From positions 124,001-188,000 of IMG/VR virus record IMGVR_UViG_3300042907_001080: 64,000 nucleotides of DNA. The stretch is one strand, 5' to 3'. Both the position numbers and the translations under genes were made by a program. Numbering within the stretch: the first letter of the stretch is position 1; every line of letters begins with the position of its first letter. Shown one piece after another: positions 1-11,087 of this stretch. Below the pieces are notes generated by a model, which did not search any database, was not told the DNA's origin, and worked only from the letters and a program-made list of their open reading frames with translations.

Positions 1-2
1 TC

Positions 3-3000
3 TATATTGGCCCTCCGGTGATTATTACCGGAGATGGTTTGAATGCCACAGCAGTGTGTCACATTGACGGTCAAGGCAGAGTAATAGCTGTGGTGGTCAC
101 CAATCGCGGTAAAAATTACGGTGTCATCAAAGTTGATGTTAGATATTTTTCTGTTTTAGTAAACAATGATGCAACTTTAAATAATTTCTGGAGTATATAT
201 TCTTGGGACGATCTACGTAAGACGTATTTCCGTAGTAGGTCACAGGCTTACGACACCACCAAGTATTGGAATAAAGTGGATTGGTTTAGATCCGGATATA
301 ATGATACTCAACGTGTTGTTAAAGAGTATTCTAACATTTATGAAGTTGTAGATAGCCTTGTGACGATTGGTGACATAATCAAAGTCAAAGAATATGCTGC
401 CGGCGGCTGGGCGAAATTCCAAAAAACTCAAGAAATAGGTCAAACGTTTTTAGACAAGTATCTATTGGTCGGTAGACAAAACGGTACAATACAATTTGAT
501 TCTATACTATATAACACCAGTGCAGTTGGAGTAGGATTCGATAATACACAGGCGTTTGATACCACAACCTATGACATTGAAAATTCACAAGAACTTAGAA
601 ATATTTTTGCAGCAGTAAAAGAAAATATTTTTGTAGGTGATTACGCAGTAGAATGGAACAAATTATTTTTTGCTTCAATAAGACATGTATTCAGCGAACA
701 ACAGTATGTAGATTGGGTGTTTAAAACCAGTTTCCTAAATGCCACGCATAACATTGGCACATTAGCAAGCCCACCGAATTACAAAAATGATAATTTATCA
801 AGTTATCAAGATTACATCAACGAAGTTAAACCATTTAGAACCACAGTTAGAGAGTATATCAGCCGTTATGATCAACCAGAATCATACGCATCGGCAGCGA
901 TCGATTTTGATTTGCCACCGTCGTATTCAATCTTTGACGGTCGTGCCAATCCTGTTAATGCATCATCACTAGAAATATCACAGTATCCATGGAAATGGTG
1001 GGCAGATAATAAAGGCTATGCAGTCACCGCTATAGAGGTATATCAGCAGGGCACAGAATATTTAACTCCGCCTAGAGTTTTGATAGAAGGAGACGGCACC
1101 GGCGCTACTGCTAGAGCATTTATCTCGAATGGTAAAGTGGCAGGCATACAAATGTTAACTCAAGGTTCAGGATATATCAAAGCTCCGACAGTGACATTGG
1201 TAGGAGGAAATTCATCTACTGCTGTACAGGCCAAAGCCACTGCAATCATAGGAAATTCTCAAGTTCGTATGTTTGATGTTGCTTTGAAATTTGATAGACT
1301 TTCAGCTAACGGCATCTATGAAAATTTTTCGCAGACACAGACATTTATTGCCGGTGGCAGCAGTGCTGTATTCTTTTTAAATTATGCACCGACTAATGAT
1401 AAAACTCGAATCAAGGTAACTAGAAAAATATTTGCCACGCAAAAAACACAAGTTGTGTTAGCTAGTGACTATCAGGTATCTCTGTATTATCAAGCCACCG
1501 GTGGTTATAATTTGCTTCGTGGAAAACTGATATTTAATACTGCTCCGACTATAAATGATGAAATTATAGTGACTTATGACAAGAACATTTTGTTATTGGA
1601 TGCTGTAAATAGAATAGAAAAGTCCTATAACCCAAAAACAGGAATGGCAGGCAAAGAAATAAATCAACTCATGACTGGTATTGATTTTGGCGGAGTGAGA
1701 ATACAAGGCACGACATTTGATGTCACCGGTGGTTGGGATGCCTTGCCTTGGTTCACCGACAGTTGGGATTCAGTAGAGATCAGCTCAGATTATTATCACG
1801 TAGCGGACGGAAGCACCGGATCAGTGACGTTACCATATATACCAGCAGCTGGACAGCAAATCAACATATATATCAAACGTAAAAACACAAACATCACTGT
1901 GCGTATAGATGATGAAAATTACTCATCGGCACAAGATTCAAGCACAGGTGTTAATCCTGCAGCAGAAATGCCAACGTTTGTAGGTGATGGCGTAAATGCT
2001 GTAGTATTAATAGGCCCGTATATCAGCACTCAAGATGGTGATATCCTTATTTTCCGTCCTACAGACAGTGATGGATCTGTAGTAATTACAGATGATAATA
2101 TACTTGATACCAAACTCAGCGGTGGCTCGTTGTCAGCTATAAGTTCTGCTTACGCCACAGCTACAGGCAAAACTGCAGAAGAGATATCTATCTTGGGCGG
2201 AACATTCATTGACAAAGATAACGTTCCGGCACCTGAAGAAAACATACCAGGACAAGTAATAGACAGTGTTTCGATAAAAGTATATAACAACAAAACATCC
2301 GGAGCAGCTGCGTTACAATCAAAGATTACTATTTCCAATGGTCAAGACACTGCGTTTGCTATAGGTCAGACAGTTTTAGAAAACTCCTCAGTATTTGTTT
2401 ATGTTGATAACACTGCAAAAGCGTTGAATCAACACTACACCATAGACCGTTCAGCTGCAACTGTGAATTTTATTTCAGCCCCAGCAATAGGCGAACTAGT
2501 GGAAATATTAAGCATAGGAATTGGCGGCCTCGGCATATTAGATTATCAAAGTTACATAGCAGATGGCACTACTGGATTATTTCTTACCAATGCAGACTAT
2601 GATGCTACTAGTGGTGTATTTGTTACACTAAATGGATCTCGAGTTGATGTAGGCTTCCGCAACAGCACAGATATCATAGATGCTGTAGGAAAAACTTTAG
2701 TTGAATTTGCAATAAAACCTCAGCTTGGCGATGTAATTAAAATAGCATGTCTAGCAGCATCGTCGGATGTGGATTCATTAGGACTGTCCCTAGTAAATGT
2801 AAATACTCAGACATTTTATTACGAAGGTAGCACACGCAGTTTTGATCTCGATGGATTTAGTGAATTAGCCAGAGGATCGTCTCTAAGTTCTGCGATTGTG
2901 GAAGTCAACGGGCAATTACTTAGAGGTCCAGACACTAACTACGTAATATATGACGGCACTAATAATCAGTTCATACTTGGAGTAGATCCGTTTGAATCAG

Positions 3001-4292
3001 GAGGCAGCATATTACCTTCTAATCTAAAAGTTTACATTAATGATGATCCCAGCACGTTTGTGATTGATTACACATTCAACGGTCCTACCAAGGAATTGAT
3101 CATCAAACCAGAAAAGCTATCACTGGGCGATAAAATCAAAATTGAAAACGATTTAAATGCACAGTATTTTATACAAGGAAATAATGTAATTATTGACAGT
3201 GAATTTGATTTTGGATTTCCTGGAGATTCTACAATATCCGATTCAACATATCCTGCAATCAATGTTACTTGGTTTGGTGAATATCCTTCTATGGATATTA
3301 TTCAAGATGAAATCAAAGGCGGCAAAGTGAATTATCAATTGGCTAGATCTCCTATATCGGCCAGTTATGTATGGGTATACTTAAACGGCATCAGACTTCA
3401 ACAAGAAAAAGATTACTTTGTGAGCCTGCCAAGAGCAGTGGTGTACCTCAATGTCACGACCACACTTGACGATGATATCAAAATAATTACTTTTGGAAAT
3501 GATATTTTTAAATTGCCCTCAGCTTACGAAATCCATAAAGACATGTTAAATGTATATCACTTTAACAGATTTTCAAAAGCATCATGCAAATTAACAAAAC
3601 CTTTGAGATATTTTGATACGACCATAGAAGTATCAGATGCTAGTTTGTTAGGGCATCCGATTATGTCTAGAAATTTACCAGGAACTATATTCATTGAGGG
3701 CGAACGCATTGAATATATGTTGAAGACAGGAAATGTGTTGAGCCAGCTGCGTAGAGGAGTGCAAGGAACATCGATCGCAGAAACATATGCTATAAACACT
3801 GTGGTTGCTGATGTAGGGTATAGTGAAACGATTCCTTACAATGAAACACAACAGCGGATTGATTTTACCAGCGACGGTAGCACATTACTGATTGGGCCAT
3901 TGGATTTTACTCCTGTAAAAGGCTCACGAAGCGGTCTCTGGTATAGAAAATCTATTCCGCTAACTTATGGACCGTGCGACCAACTTGAAGTTTTTGCAGC
4001 AGGCCGTAGATTAAAAAAAGATCCACAGGATGTATACACCGAAATTAATGGAGCGGCAAGTCCTGAGGCAGATCAAACACAAGAAGCTGAGTTTAGTGTG
4101 GACGGTGTTTCACAGCAAATTAGATTAACCGCTGCGTTACCTGCTGGAACTAGGGTTACCGTACTTAAACGACTAGGACAAACTTGGTATACGAGGGGCA
4201 ATACTACAGCAGCAGATGGTGTGAGTCTAATAGACAGTTTGACGCCGGTGGCTAGATTCATTGTGGAAAAGACCACTGACATCCCTGAATAA
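3..4292 (+). CDS. Very large virion structural protein (baseplate wedge-like), 5'-truncated by the window edge
   Basis: Frame is open from position 3 (>1424 aa). Beta-rich, with repeated 'GxGATA.A.I..G.V..I.....GSGY...P.V' motifs typical of baseplate proteins of large myoviruses. Lies upstream of the tail-fibre cluster. Confidence 0.7.
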   Translation, partial: YIGPPVIITGDGLNATAVCHIDGQGRVIAVVVTNRGKNYGVIKVDVRYFSVLVNNDATLNNFWSIYSWDDLRKTYFRSRSQAYDTTKYWNKVDWFRSGYNDTQRVVKEYSNIYEVVDSLVTIGDIIKVKEYAAGGWAKFQKTQEIGQTFLDKYLLVGRQNGTIQFDSILYNTSAVGVGFDNTQAFDTTTYDIENSQELRNIFAAVKENIFVGDYAVEWNKLFFASIRHVFSEQQYVDWVFKTSFLNATHNIGTLASPPNYKNDNLSSYQDYINEVKPFRTTVREYISRYDQPESYASAAIDFDLPPSYSIFDGRANPVNASSLEISQYPWKWWADNKGYAVTAIEVYQQGTEYLTPPRVLIEGDGTGATARAFISNGKVAGIQMLTQGSGYIKAPTVTLVGGNSSTAVQAKATAIIGNSQVRMFDVALKFDRLSANGIYENFSQTQTFIAGGSSAVFFLNYAPTNDKTRIKVTRKIFATQKTQVVLASDYQVSLYYQATGGYNLLRGKLIFNTAPTINDEIIVTYDKNILLLDAVNRIEKSYNPKTGMAGKEINQLMTGIDFGGVRIQGTTFDVTGGWDALPWFTDSWDSVEISSDYYHVADGSTGSVTLPYIPAAGQQINIYIKRKNTNITVRIDDENYSSAQDSSTGVNPAAEMPTFVGDGVNAVVLIGPYISTQDGDILIFRPTDSDGSVVITDDNILDTKLSGGSLSAISSAYATATGKTAEEISILGGTFIDKDNVPAPEENIPGQVIDSVSIKVYNNKTSGAAALQSKITISNGQDTAFAIGQTVLENSSVFVYVDNTAKALNQHYTIDRSAATVNFISAPAIGELVEILSIGIGGLGILDYQSYIADGTTGLFLTNADYDATSGVFVTLNGSRVDVGFRNSTDIIDAVGKTLVEFAIKPQLGDVIKIACLAASSDVDSLGLSLVNVNTQTFYYEGSTRSFDLDGFSELARGSSLSSAIVEVNGQLLRGPDTNYVIYDGTNNQFILGVDPFESGGSILPSNLKVYINDDPSTFVIDYTFNGPTKELIIKPEKLSLGDKIKIENDLNAQYFIQGNNVIIDSEFDFGFPGDSTISDSTYPAINVTWFGEYPSMDIIQDEIKGGKVNYQLARSPISASYVWVYLNGIRLQQEKDYFVSLPRAVVYLNVTTTLDDDIKIITFGNDIFKLPSAYEIHKDMLNVYHFNRFSKASCKLTKPLRYFDTTIEVSDASLLGHPIMSRNLPGTIFIEGERIEYMLKTGNVLSQLRRGVQGTSIAETYAINTVVADVGYSETIPYNETQQRIDFTSDGSTLLIGPLDFTPVKGSRSGLWYRKSIPLTYGPCDQLEVFAAGRRLKKDPQDVYTEINGAASPEADQTQEAEFSVDGVSQQIRLTAALPAGTRVTVLKRLGQTWYTRGNTTAADGVSLIDSLTPVARFIVEKTTDIPE

Positions 4293-4296
4293 ATAC

Positions 4297-4971
4297 ATGA
4301 TGGAACAAAAAGAGATAAAAATGCCTAAAAATCAAGATCAATCAGCTCAAAATACACAATCTCGACCCAACGAAACGGGCGGATTTAATTTTGAAGGTCA
4401 TATCAAGATTCACGATCCTGAGACCAAAGAAATTTTTGTAGACAAACGCAATGCTATTCACTATGAAAATATGAGTGTGGCCATGGTCAACAGTCTTAGT
4501 AATCAAGGATACGGTACAGTATATCAGATGATTTTTGGTACAGGCGGAACCACAGTCGATCCTACAGGTCTTATCACTTATCTTACACCCAATACTGTTG
4601 GTGTTAATTCTAGCCTCTATAATCAAACCTACCAAAAAGTAGTGGATCAAAATGCTATTGAAAACCAAGATCCTGTAAGAAATAAAATGGAAATTAGACA
4701 TATCAGCGGAGCGACTTATAGTGATATTGTGATCAGCTGCTTGTTAGATTATGGAGAACCATTAGAACAAGAAGCATTTGACAACAGTGTTGACATGAAT
4801 GGTGAATTTGTGTTTGATGAATTAGGATTAAAAAGCATCGGCCAAAACGGTGCTGAGGGAAAACTATTAACACATGTGGTGTTTCACCCTGTGCAGAAAA
4901 GTCTTAACAGACTGTTACAGATTGACTACACTATCCGTGTGCAGAGTTTAACCGGATTCACTGAGATATAA
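4297..4971 (+). CDS. Conserved virion/baseplate structural protein
   Basis: About 224 aa in the structural operon, preceded by TAAATA (4290-4295). C-terminal 'LLTHVVFHPVQKSLNRLLQIDYTIR' resembles phage baseplate/tail-fibre connector proteins. The start could alternatively be 4321. Confidence 0.55.
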   Translation: MMEQKEIKMPKNQDQSAQNTQSRPNETGGFNFEGHIKIHDPETKEIFVDKRNAIHYENMSVAMVNSLSNQGYGTVYQMIFGTGGTTVDPTGLITYLTPNTVGVNSSLYNQTYQKVVDQNAIENQDPVRNKMEIRHISGATYSDIVISCLLDYGEPLEQEAFDNSVDMNGEFVFDELGLKSIGQNGAEGKLLTHVVFHPVQKSLNRLLQIDYTIRVQSLTGFTEI

Positions 4972-4973
4972 TC

Positions 4974-7091
4974 ATGCCATACATAGTTAATTTTACAGAT
5001 AAAGAAAACAAAAGTCCTATCACGGTGTTTGATAATACTTCTAGTACAGACACTAGTCTCAAATTTCCAGGTCGTAATGTTACCGGCTACGGTCAGATTA
5101 TCGCAGAGAATTTTTTATCACTGCTAGAAAATTTTGCATCTACTAGTCAACCAGTTAACCCTGTAGAAGGACAGCTTTGGTATGATAGTACAAGTGGAAC
5201 ACAAACCCTAAAAATATGGGATAATACTGCATGGAAAGCAGCATCCGGAATACAAAAAGGAGTTAGTCAACCTTCAGTAGAAACTAGTAAAGTAGGAGAA
5301 TTATGGGTAGACACTACCAATCAACAACTACGGATATTCACAGGCACACGATGGATATTAGTTGGGCCGGTTGAGAGTTCAGTTGGTGGCTTGAGATATG
5401 GACCGGTTATAGAAAAAATATCAGATTCTGATAACTTAGATAGATTTATTTTAACATTTTATATTGCAGATATTCCTGTAATTATTTTTTCCAAAGACAG
5501 TTTTACACCGAAGACTTTGATCACTGGATTTGCTCTGATAAAATCAGGCATCAACATCAGTGCTCCTGCAACGTCAGGTGAAATTGCAAATTTTGTAGGG
5601 GGATTTTTACCTGTGCTAAATGGCACAGCAAGAAATGCTCAAGCATTGTTAGTAGGGGGAGTAGAAAAAGCTGCGGGAACATTCCTTAGATCAGATACCA
5701 TCAACACCACTAATTTTGAAATAAAGATCAAAAACAATAACGGTATCTCTATAGGTGCTGATGAGACATTCAAGTTATCAGCTACAACAACATCTAGTAA
5801 TATCTATAACTCTGCTGCAGGCAGTTCTATAGATCTACAGACAAATCGCAACGGTATTCCAGCAACGGTTTTAAGAATTGTTGACAACAAAGTTGGTATA
5901 AATCAAAGCAATCCACTAGAAGCGTTAGACATTCAAGGCAATGCAAAAATCACAGGTTCTTTTTTTACTACCAGTAGCTTAGCCAGCACCAATTTAAATA
6001 ACGGCAGTATTGTTACTCAAGGTGGAATTGCAGTTGCAAAAAACATAATTGTCGGCGACGGCATCGATGTTACCGGTCCACTGCAAACTGCGTTTATATT
6101 ACCAAAAATTACAAACACATATGATATAGGCACTGCAACAAGACGCTTCAATAATATACGTGCCAAAACAATCATCGCAGATACTATACAAGGAGTGCTT
6201 GACGGAAACATCAGTGGCAATGCTAACACTGCGACATCTCTCAGCACAATTACTAGTTTTCAATTAGCAGGTGATGTGATTTCACCGGCTGTGCAATTTG
6301 ACGGGCAAGTAGGCAGTTCTACTAAAATTCTTAATGCCACACTCACAGCAAATATTATTGCAGGTAAAGAAACTCCGGTGCCTAATCGTGGCAAAAAAGG
6401 CGATTTTATTTTAACCTACAGACCTAGTGAAAGCACTCTAGCTAGTTCTGGTCTTCTTAAACAAACCAGAGAAGTGTTTCTTGGTGATCTAGCAGTGCCG
6501 ATAGGAGCTATTCTGCCGTATGCAGGTATTACTGCTCCTGATGGTTACTTGTTTTGTGACGGTTCAGAAATTGAAAGGGTAAAGTTTACAGATCTGTTTG
6601 ATGTGATCGGCAATGTATATAATGGAGCCACACCATTACTAGGAGTAAACACATTTAGATTACCTGATCTTAGAGGTAGATTTGCACTTGGTAAGGATAA
6701 TATGGATAATGCTGGCACCGTGCCGACTATTGCAGGTCCTTATGTAGATGCTGGCGGCGGCGTTGCAGGCCGAGTTCCGGATGTGCAGGCCACAATACTT
6801 GGGGGGTCAGCAGGACAAAGTTCTGTAGCGTTGACATTGCCGAACCTACCAGAACACAGTCATACACTGTCAACTCCCACTCAAGACTATTCTGCAGTTG
6901 CACTTACAACAACACTCGATCCGTTAGCCACTTCCGGACCTGGCCCAACAGCCCCAGGTCAGGCACAATATCTCAAAGACAGCGGCGGAGTAAAAAAAGC
7001 CGTGGGAGTAACACTAGCAACACCAGTAGGTTTAATGAATCCTTTCTTGGCAATGAATTATATTATAAGATCTGGACCACCAGCTTTCTAA
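4974..7091 (+). CDS. Tail fibre protein with C-terminal phage tail-collar domain
   Basis: Tail-collar signature 'PIGAILPYAG..APDGYLFCDGS...FRLPDLRGRF...MNPFLAMNYIIR'. N-terminal 'GRNVTGYGQ..ENF..LLENFA...P..P.EGQLWYD' domain shared with the next three genes. Confidence 0.8.
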   Translation: MPYIVNFTDKENKSPITVFDNTSSTDTSLKFPGRNVTGYGQIIAENFLSLLENFASTSQPVNPVEGQLWYDSTSGTQTLKIWDNTAWKAASGIQKGVSQPSVETSKVGELWVDTTNQQLRIFTGTRWILVGPVESSVGGLRYGPVIEKISDSDNLDRFILTFYIADIPVIIFSKDSFTPKTLITGFALIKSGINISAPATSGEIANFVGGFLPVLNGTARNAQALLVGGVEKAAGTFLRSDTINTTNFEIKIKNNNGISIGADETFKLSATTTSSNIYNSAAGSSIDLQTNRNGIPATVLRIVDNKVGINQSNPLEALDIQGNAKITGSFFTTSSLASTNLNNGSIVTQGGIAVAKNIIVGDGIDVTGPLQTAFILPKITNTYDIGTATRRFNNIRAKTIIADTIQGVLDGNISGNANTATSLSTITSFQLAGDVISPAVQFDGQVGSSTKILNATLTANIIAGKETPVPNRGKKGDFILTYRPSESTLASSGLLKQTREVFLGDLAVPIGAILPYAGITAPDGYLFCDGSEIERVKFTDLFDVIGNVYNGATPLLGVNTFRLPDLRGRFALGKDNMDNAGTVPTIAGPYVDAGGGVAGRVPDVQATILGGSAGQSSVALTLPNLPEHSHTLSTPTQDYSAVALTTTLDPLATSGPGPTAPGQAQYLKDSGGVKKAVGVTLATPVGLMNPFLAMNYIIRSGPPAF

Positions 7092-7102
7092 CAGAGTAAA
7101 AC

Positions 7103-8917
7103 ATGGCATATCAAATAAACAAAACTGACGGCACAATTGTAGCAACTGTAGCAGACGGCCAGATCGACGATCTTTCCACTGATATCACTCTTATAGGAAA
7201 GAATTTCAGCGGTTTCGGCGAAGCATTTAACGAGAATCTTATTAAATTGCTAGAGCATTTTTCTAGTAATACAGCCCCCATACACCCCATTAAAGGTCAA
7301 ATATGGTTTGACGCTAGCCAGTCAAAATTAAAAGTTTACAACGGTATTACTTTTGTTCCGGTAAGTTCGGCTACGGTATCGAGCTCCCAACCAAGCACAC
7401 TGGCCACCGGTGACCTTTGGTATGACGATATCGGAAAACAACTATACTTTTTTGATGGGGTTACAGCGGTGTTACTTGCACCGGCGTATAGTAGTGTGCA
7501 AGGTCTTAGCGGACTGAGAGTAGATACTATTTTAGATACACTAAATCAAACTAGGGTAGTAACTAGTCTTTATAATAATGGTGTGTTACTGGGAATTTTT
7601 TCCAAAGACAGTTTTACACCCAAAGTAGGAATCATAGGATTTAATGGCAATATAGAACCTGGTTTCAATGCAGGCACATTATCTAATTTTAAAATACGTG
7701 CGACTTGTATAAACAGCGATAGTTTAGGCGGAGCTCCGGCAACCACCTATGTTAGAACTGACACTTCTAATAGCATAAATGGGCAACTGCAGATTACTAG
7801 TGATTTAGGTATCACAGTAGGTTCAGCAGGCCAGGCAAATCTATTTGTTAGTGCAGGAGATGTATTGATAAGCAATGCTGCAACTGATAGGAATATTCAG
7901 TTGAGTGTTCGAAAGGGTATTACACAAGAAGCAGCTATCACGATTAATGCAGCAACAAGAAACATCGATCTATATTCTGGATTTACCAACAGCACAGTGG
8001 TCGCCGGCGGCGATCTAATAGTCAATGGTAATCTCACAGTCGAAGGAACGACTACAACTATTAATACCACAACAGTGGCGATAGAAGACAAAAATATTGT
8101 TATAGCTAATGTGGTTAGTCCTACAAACATCACGGCCGATGGTGCAGGTATCACAATCAAAGCGTCTACAGATAAAACTATAACTTACAACAACAGTAGT
8201 AATTGGCTTGATATATCCGAGACACTGAATTTAGCCGCAGGACGAGCAGTATATATTGGCGGAACTAAGGTAATAGATGGCAACAGTCTGGGTTCGGCTA
8301 TTACAAGTATTCCAGGAGTTAGTTCCTTTGGTACACAGACTGTAGTTAACATAGGTCCGGGTGCTCCTGCAGTCACTCAGATGAGACTGGAAAATCACAG
8401 AATCAGCACGGTGAGTACGAATTTTGATATTGAGTTAGAACCAGACGGCTCAGGAAATGTTGCATTGATCGGGTCTCCAAGAATCACCGGCATGCAAGAT
8501 CCTGTGGCAGCTCAAGATGCTGCCACCAAAGAGTATACAGATAACAGGGTGGAATCAAGACCTGTGATTTTTACTATTGATTTATCCGATGGCAAATCTA
8601 ATACATATATTATTACAAACATATTGAATAATCTTGCTCCTGTGAGCGAGTATAGAGCATTCACATATGCTAGAATTTTATGTAATTTGATAAGCAATAA
8701 CGCTCAATCTTTAAGTATAAATTCATTGCCACCGTCAATTTCCACAGCAGCATTTTTAACCAATCTTGGTGGAGCCAGCAGCCAAGCAATCACAAACATT
8801 AGTTTCCCCACAGCAACTATAGCTGCGGCAAGTGTCTCGGTAACAAGAATTATCAAAGTATTTCGAATAATCGGAGGAGTGTGGACATGGCAGTCGGATC
8901 TACCACTACCTCCATAA
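7103..8917 (+). CDS. Tail fibre-like protein (paralog 2)
   Basis: Same N-terminal domain (MAYQINKTDG...GKNFSGFGE..NEN..LLEHF). Gly/Thr/Ser-rich beta repeats; 'QDAATKEY' fibre motif. Confidence 0.7.
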   Translation: MAYQINKTDGTIVATVADGQIDDLSTDITLIGKNFSGFGEAFNENLIKLLEHFSSNTAPIHPIKGQIWFDASQSKLKVYNGITFVPVSSATVSSSQPSTLATGDLWYDDIGKQLYFFDGVTAVLLAPAYSSVQGLSGLRVDTILDTLNQTRVVTSLYNNGVLLGIFSKDSFTPKVGIIGFNGNIEPGFNAGTLSNFKIRATCINSDSLGGAPATTYVRTDTSNSINGQLQITSDLGITVGSAGQANLFVSAGDVLISNAATDRNIQLSVRKGITQEAAITINAATRNIDLYSGFTNSTVVAGGDLIVNGNLTVEGTTTTINTTTVAIEDKNIVIANVVSPTNITADGAGITIKASTDKTITYNNSSNWLDISETLNLAAGRAVYIGGTKVIDGNSLGSAITSIPGVSSFGTQTVVNIGPGAPAVTQMRLENHRISTVSTNFDIELEPDGSGNVALIGSPRITGMQDPVAAQDAATKEYTDNRVESRPVIFTIDLSDGKSNTYIITNILNNLAPVSEYRAFTYARILCNLISNNAQSLSINSLPPSISTAAFLTNLGGASSQAITNISFPTATIAAASVSVTRIIKVFRIIGGVWTWQSDLPLPP

Positions 8918-8936
8918 TGAATCAGGAGCGGCATAA

Positions 8937-11039
8937 ATGGCCTATGTAATAAACAAGTTCAACAAGGAACAATTAGTGGTGTTGCAAGATGGCACCATTG
9001 ATACTACTACTAGTCTAGGATTGGTTGGTAGAAACTATGTAGGCTATGGCGAAATACAGAATGAAAATTTTGTGTTCCTCTTAGAAAATTTTGCTAATAC
9101 AGCTCCTCCATCAAGACCGTTGACTGGACAGATATGGTTTAATACCACAAACGACATAGCTCATGCCTATGATGGCACACAATGGAATCCTATAGGATCT
9201 GCTATTGTGAGTGCAACAGTCCCATCCAGTGCTAGCCCGGGATCGTTATGGTTCAAGACTCCTATCAATCAATTGTTTACATATACCGGTACATCATGGA
9301 GATTGATAGGTCCAGAGGCCGTAGAAGGATTTGGATCTACCAAAGCAAGATCAGGAACACTGGACGACAATACCGGTAATCCTCGTCCAGTGATATTCTT
9401 AGAAACCAATGGCGTGATATTTGCTATCTGCACTGCGGCAGCTTTTACTATCAACACAAACAATCAAGTTGAGGGGTTCGGCAACAGTCTATTGGTGGGA
9501 ATCAATCTTTCTAGCACAGCCAAGATCAATGGCAGTGTAACCGGCAATGCTGCCACAGCTGATCAGTTATCAACACCTAGACTAATCAATGGAGTACCAT
9601 TTACAGCTGCGTCAAATATCACAATCACAGCAAATACTACCAATACATTGAAAAAAGGTGATTATATTGTAGGATCAGATTTCAATGGTGCGGTGGAAAG
9701 AACATGGAACGTAGACGCATCGTCTGCCAATCTTATAGGCAAGATAGTTGCCAGAAATTCACAGGGCGGGTTTTCAGCAGGTATCATTACAGCAGATTTC
9801 GTTGGCAACCTTACCGGAAATGTCACAGCAACCAGCGGAACCAGCACATTTAACATAGTTCAGGCCACCCAATTTATTGGTGAACAGTTGTCCGGAAATG
9901 CAAACACTGCTACTAGATTAGCTACTGCTAGAACTATTAATGGTGTGAATTTTGATGGTTCTAACAATATCACAGTCACAGCTGATGCTGCAACCTTGAC
10001 GGGAAGCAGTCTTAATAATTCTGTGACACTGAGTGGACTCACACAGCTAGGAACACTGAGTTCGTTGAATGTCAGTGACACTGGAATATTGTTAGGCAGT
10101 GGAAATCAACTGAGGTTGTTTGTTCATTCGAGTGGTCCTACGATAAGATCTACTAGCGGAAAATTAAAATTTGATATGTTAGGAATAGGACCCGAGTTAT
10201 CGTTTATAGATGCTCCGGAATCATTGTCTTTAGGCGGTCCTAACGAGCCTGCAATTATTTCTGATAATACATCAAATTTAGGTATTCCAGGTCATAAATT
10301 TAAGAATGTGTATGCAACATATTTCAAGGGCACTAATGTTGAAGTTAATAGCATAACGTCGGCAGACCCTGGTAATGATATAACAGCTAACGGCAATTTA
10401 ATTGTAACTGGAAATTTAACAGTTCAAGGAAATGTAACAGCAGTCAATTCTACAGAACTTACAATCGAAGACAAATTAATAACATTGGCCAGCGGAGCAG
10501 CTACAGCAGCTGAAGCTAACGGTGCTGGTATATTTATTAATGGGTCTGGCGCTTCGGTTATGTATTCAAGCATTGGTAACAAGTGGGTTTTAAACAAAGT
10601 TTTAGATACAGGTAGTAATGATATTTTTACCACCGGGTTATTTAGAGGAACAGCAACAACTGCTCAGTATGCGGATCTAGCAGAAAATTATGTAGCTGAC
10701 AGAGAATATGAACCTGGCACAGTTTTGGAAATTGGCGGAGAATATGAAGTTACTTTAGCTCACCCAGAAACTAATAAAATTGCTGGTGTTGTTTCTACTA
10801 ATCCTGCGTATTTAATGAATTCCTTGTGTGCAGGCAACAATGTAGTTGCTGTAGCATTGCAAGGGCGAGTTCCGTGTAAAGTTACAGGAAAAATTAATAA
10901 AGGTGATATGTTAGTCAGCGCCGGTAACGGGTTTGCTAAAGCAACTAATCAACCGAAGTTCGGTAATATAATAGGTAAATCTTTAGAAAATTTTGACGGA
11001 ACTGAAGGAATTATTGAAGTTTTAGTTGGAAGAAACTAA
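8937..11039 (+). CDS. Tail fibre-like protein with putative C-terminal intramolecular chaperone domain (paralog 3)
   Basis: Shared N-terminal domain; 'ATARTINGVNFDGSNNIT' fibre repeats; C-terminal 'YADLAENY..D..YEPGTV..IGG..EVT...GVVST.PAY.MN...VAL.GRVPCKV' domain. Confidence 0.75.
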   Translation: MAYVINKFNKEQLVVLQDGTIDTTTSLGLVGRNYVGYGEIQNENFVFLLENFANTAPPSRPLTGQIWFNTTNDIAHAYDGTQWNPIGSAIVSATVPSSASPGSLWFKTPINQLFTYTGTSWRLIGPEAVEGFGSTKARSGTLDDNTGNPRPVIFLETNGVIFAICTAAAFTINTNNQVEGFGNSLLVGINLSSTAKINGSVTGNAATADQLSTPRLINGVPFTAASNITITANTTNTLKKGDYIVGSDFNGAVERTWNVDASSANLIGKIVARNSQGGFSAGIITADFVGNLTGNVTATSGTSTFNIVQATQFIGEQLSGNANTATRLATARTINGVNFDGSNNITVTADAATLTGSSLNNSVTLSGLTQLGTLSSLNVSDTGILLGSGNQLRLFVHSSGPTIRSTSGKLKFDMLGIGPELSFIDAPESLSLGGPNEPAIISDNTSNLGIPGHKFKNVYATYFKGTNVEVNSITSADPGNDITANGNLIVTGNLTVQGNVTAVNSTELTIEDKLITLASGAATAAEANGAGIFINGSGASVMYSSIGNKWVLNKVLDTGSNDIFTTGLFRGTATTAQYADLAENYVADREYEPGTVLEIGGEYEVTLAHPETNKIAGVVSTNPAYLMNSLCAGNNVVAVALQGRVPCKVTGKINKGDMLVSAGNGFAKATNQPKFGNIIGKSLENFDGTEGIIEVLVGRN

Positions 11040-11052
11040 TAGTATTTGAATA

Positions 11053-11060
11053 GATAAATA
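11053..11060 (+). promoter_or_regulatory. Late promoter-like GATAAATA
   Basis: Intergenic, upstream of a tail fibre gene. Confidence 0.6.
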
Positions 11061-11087
11061 TAAAACATAGCAGAGGTTCTTACTAAC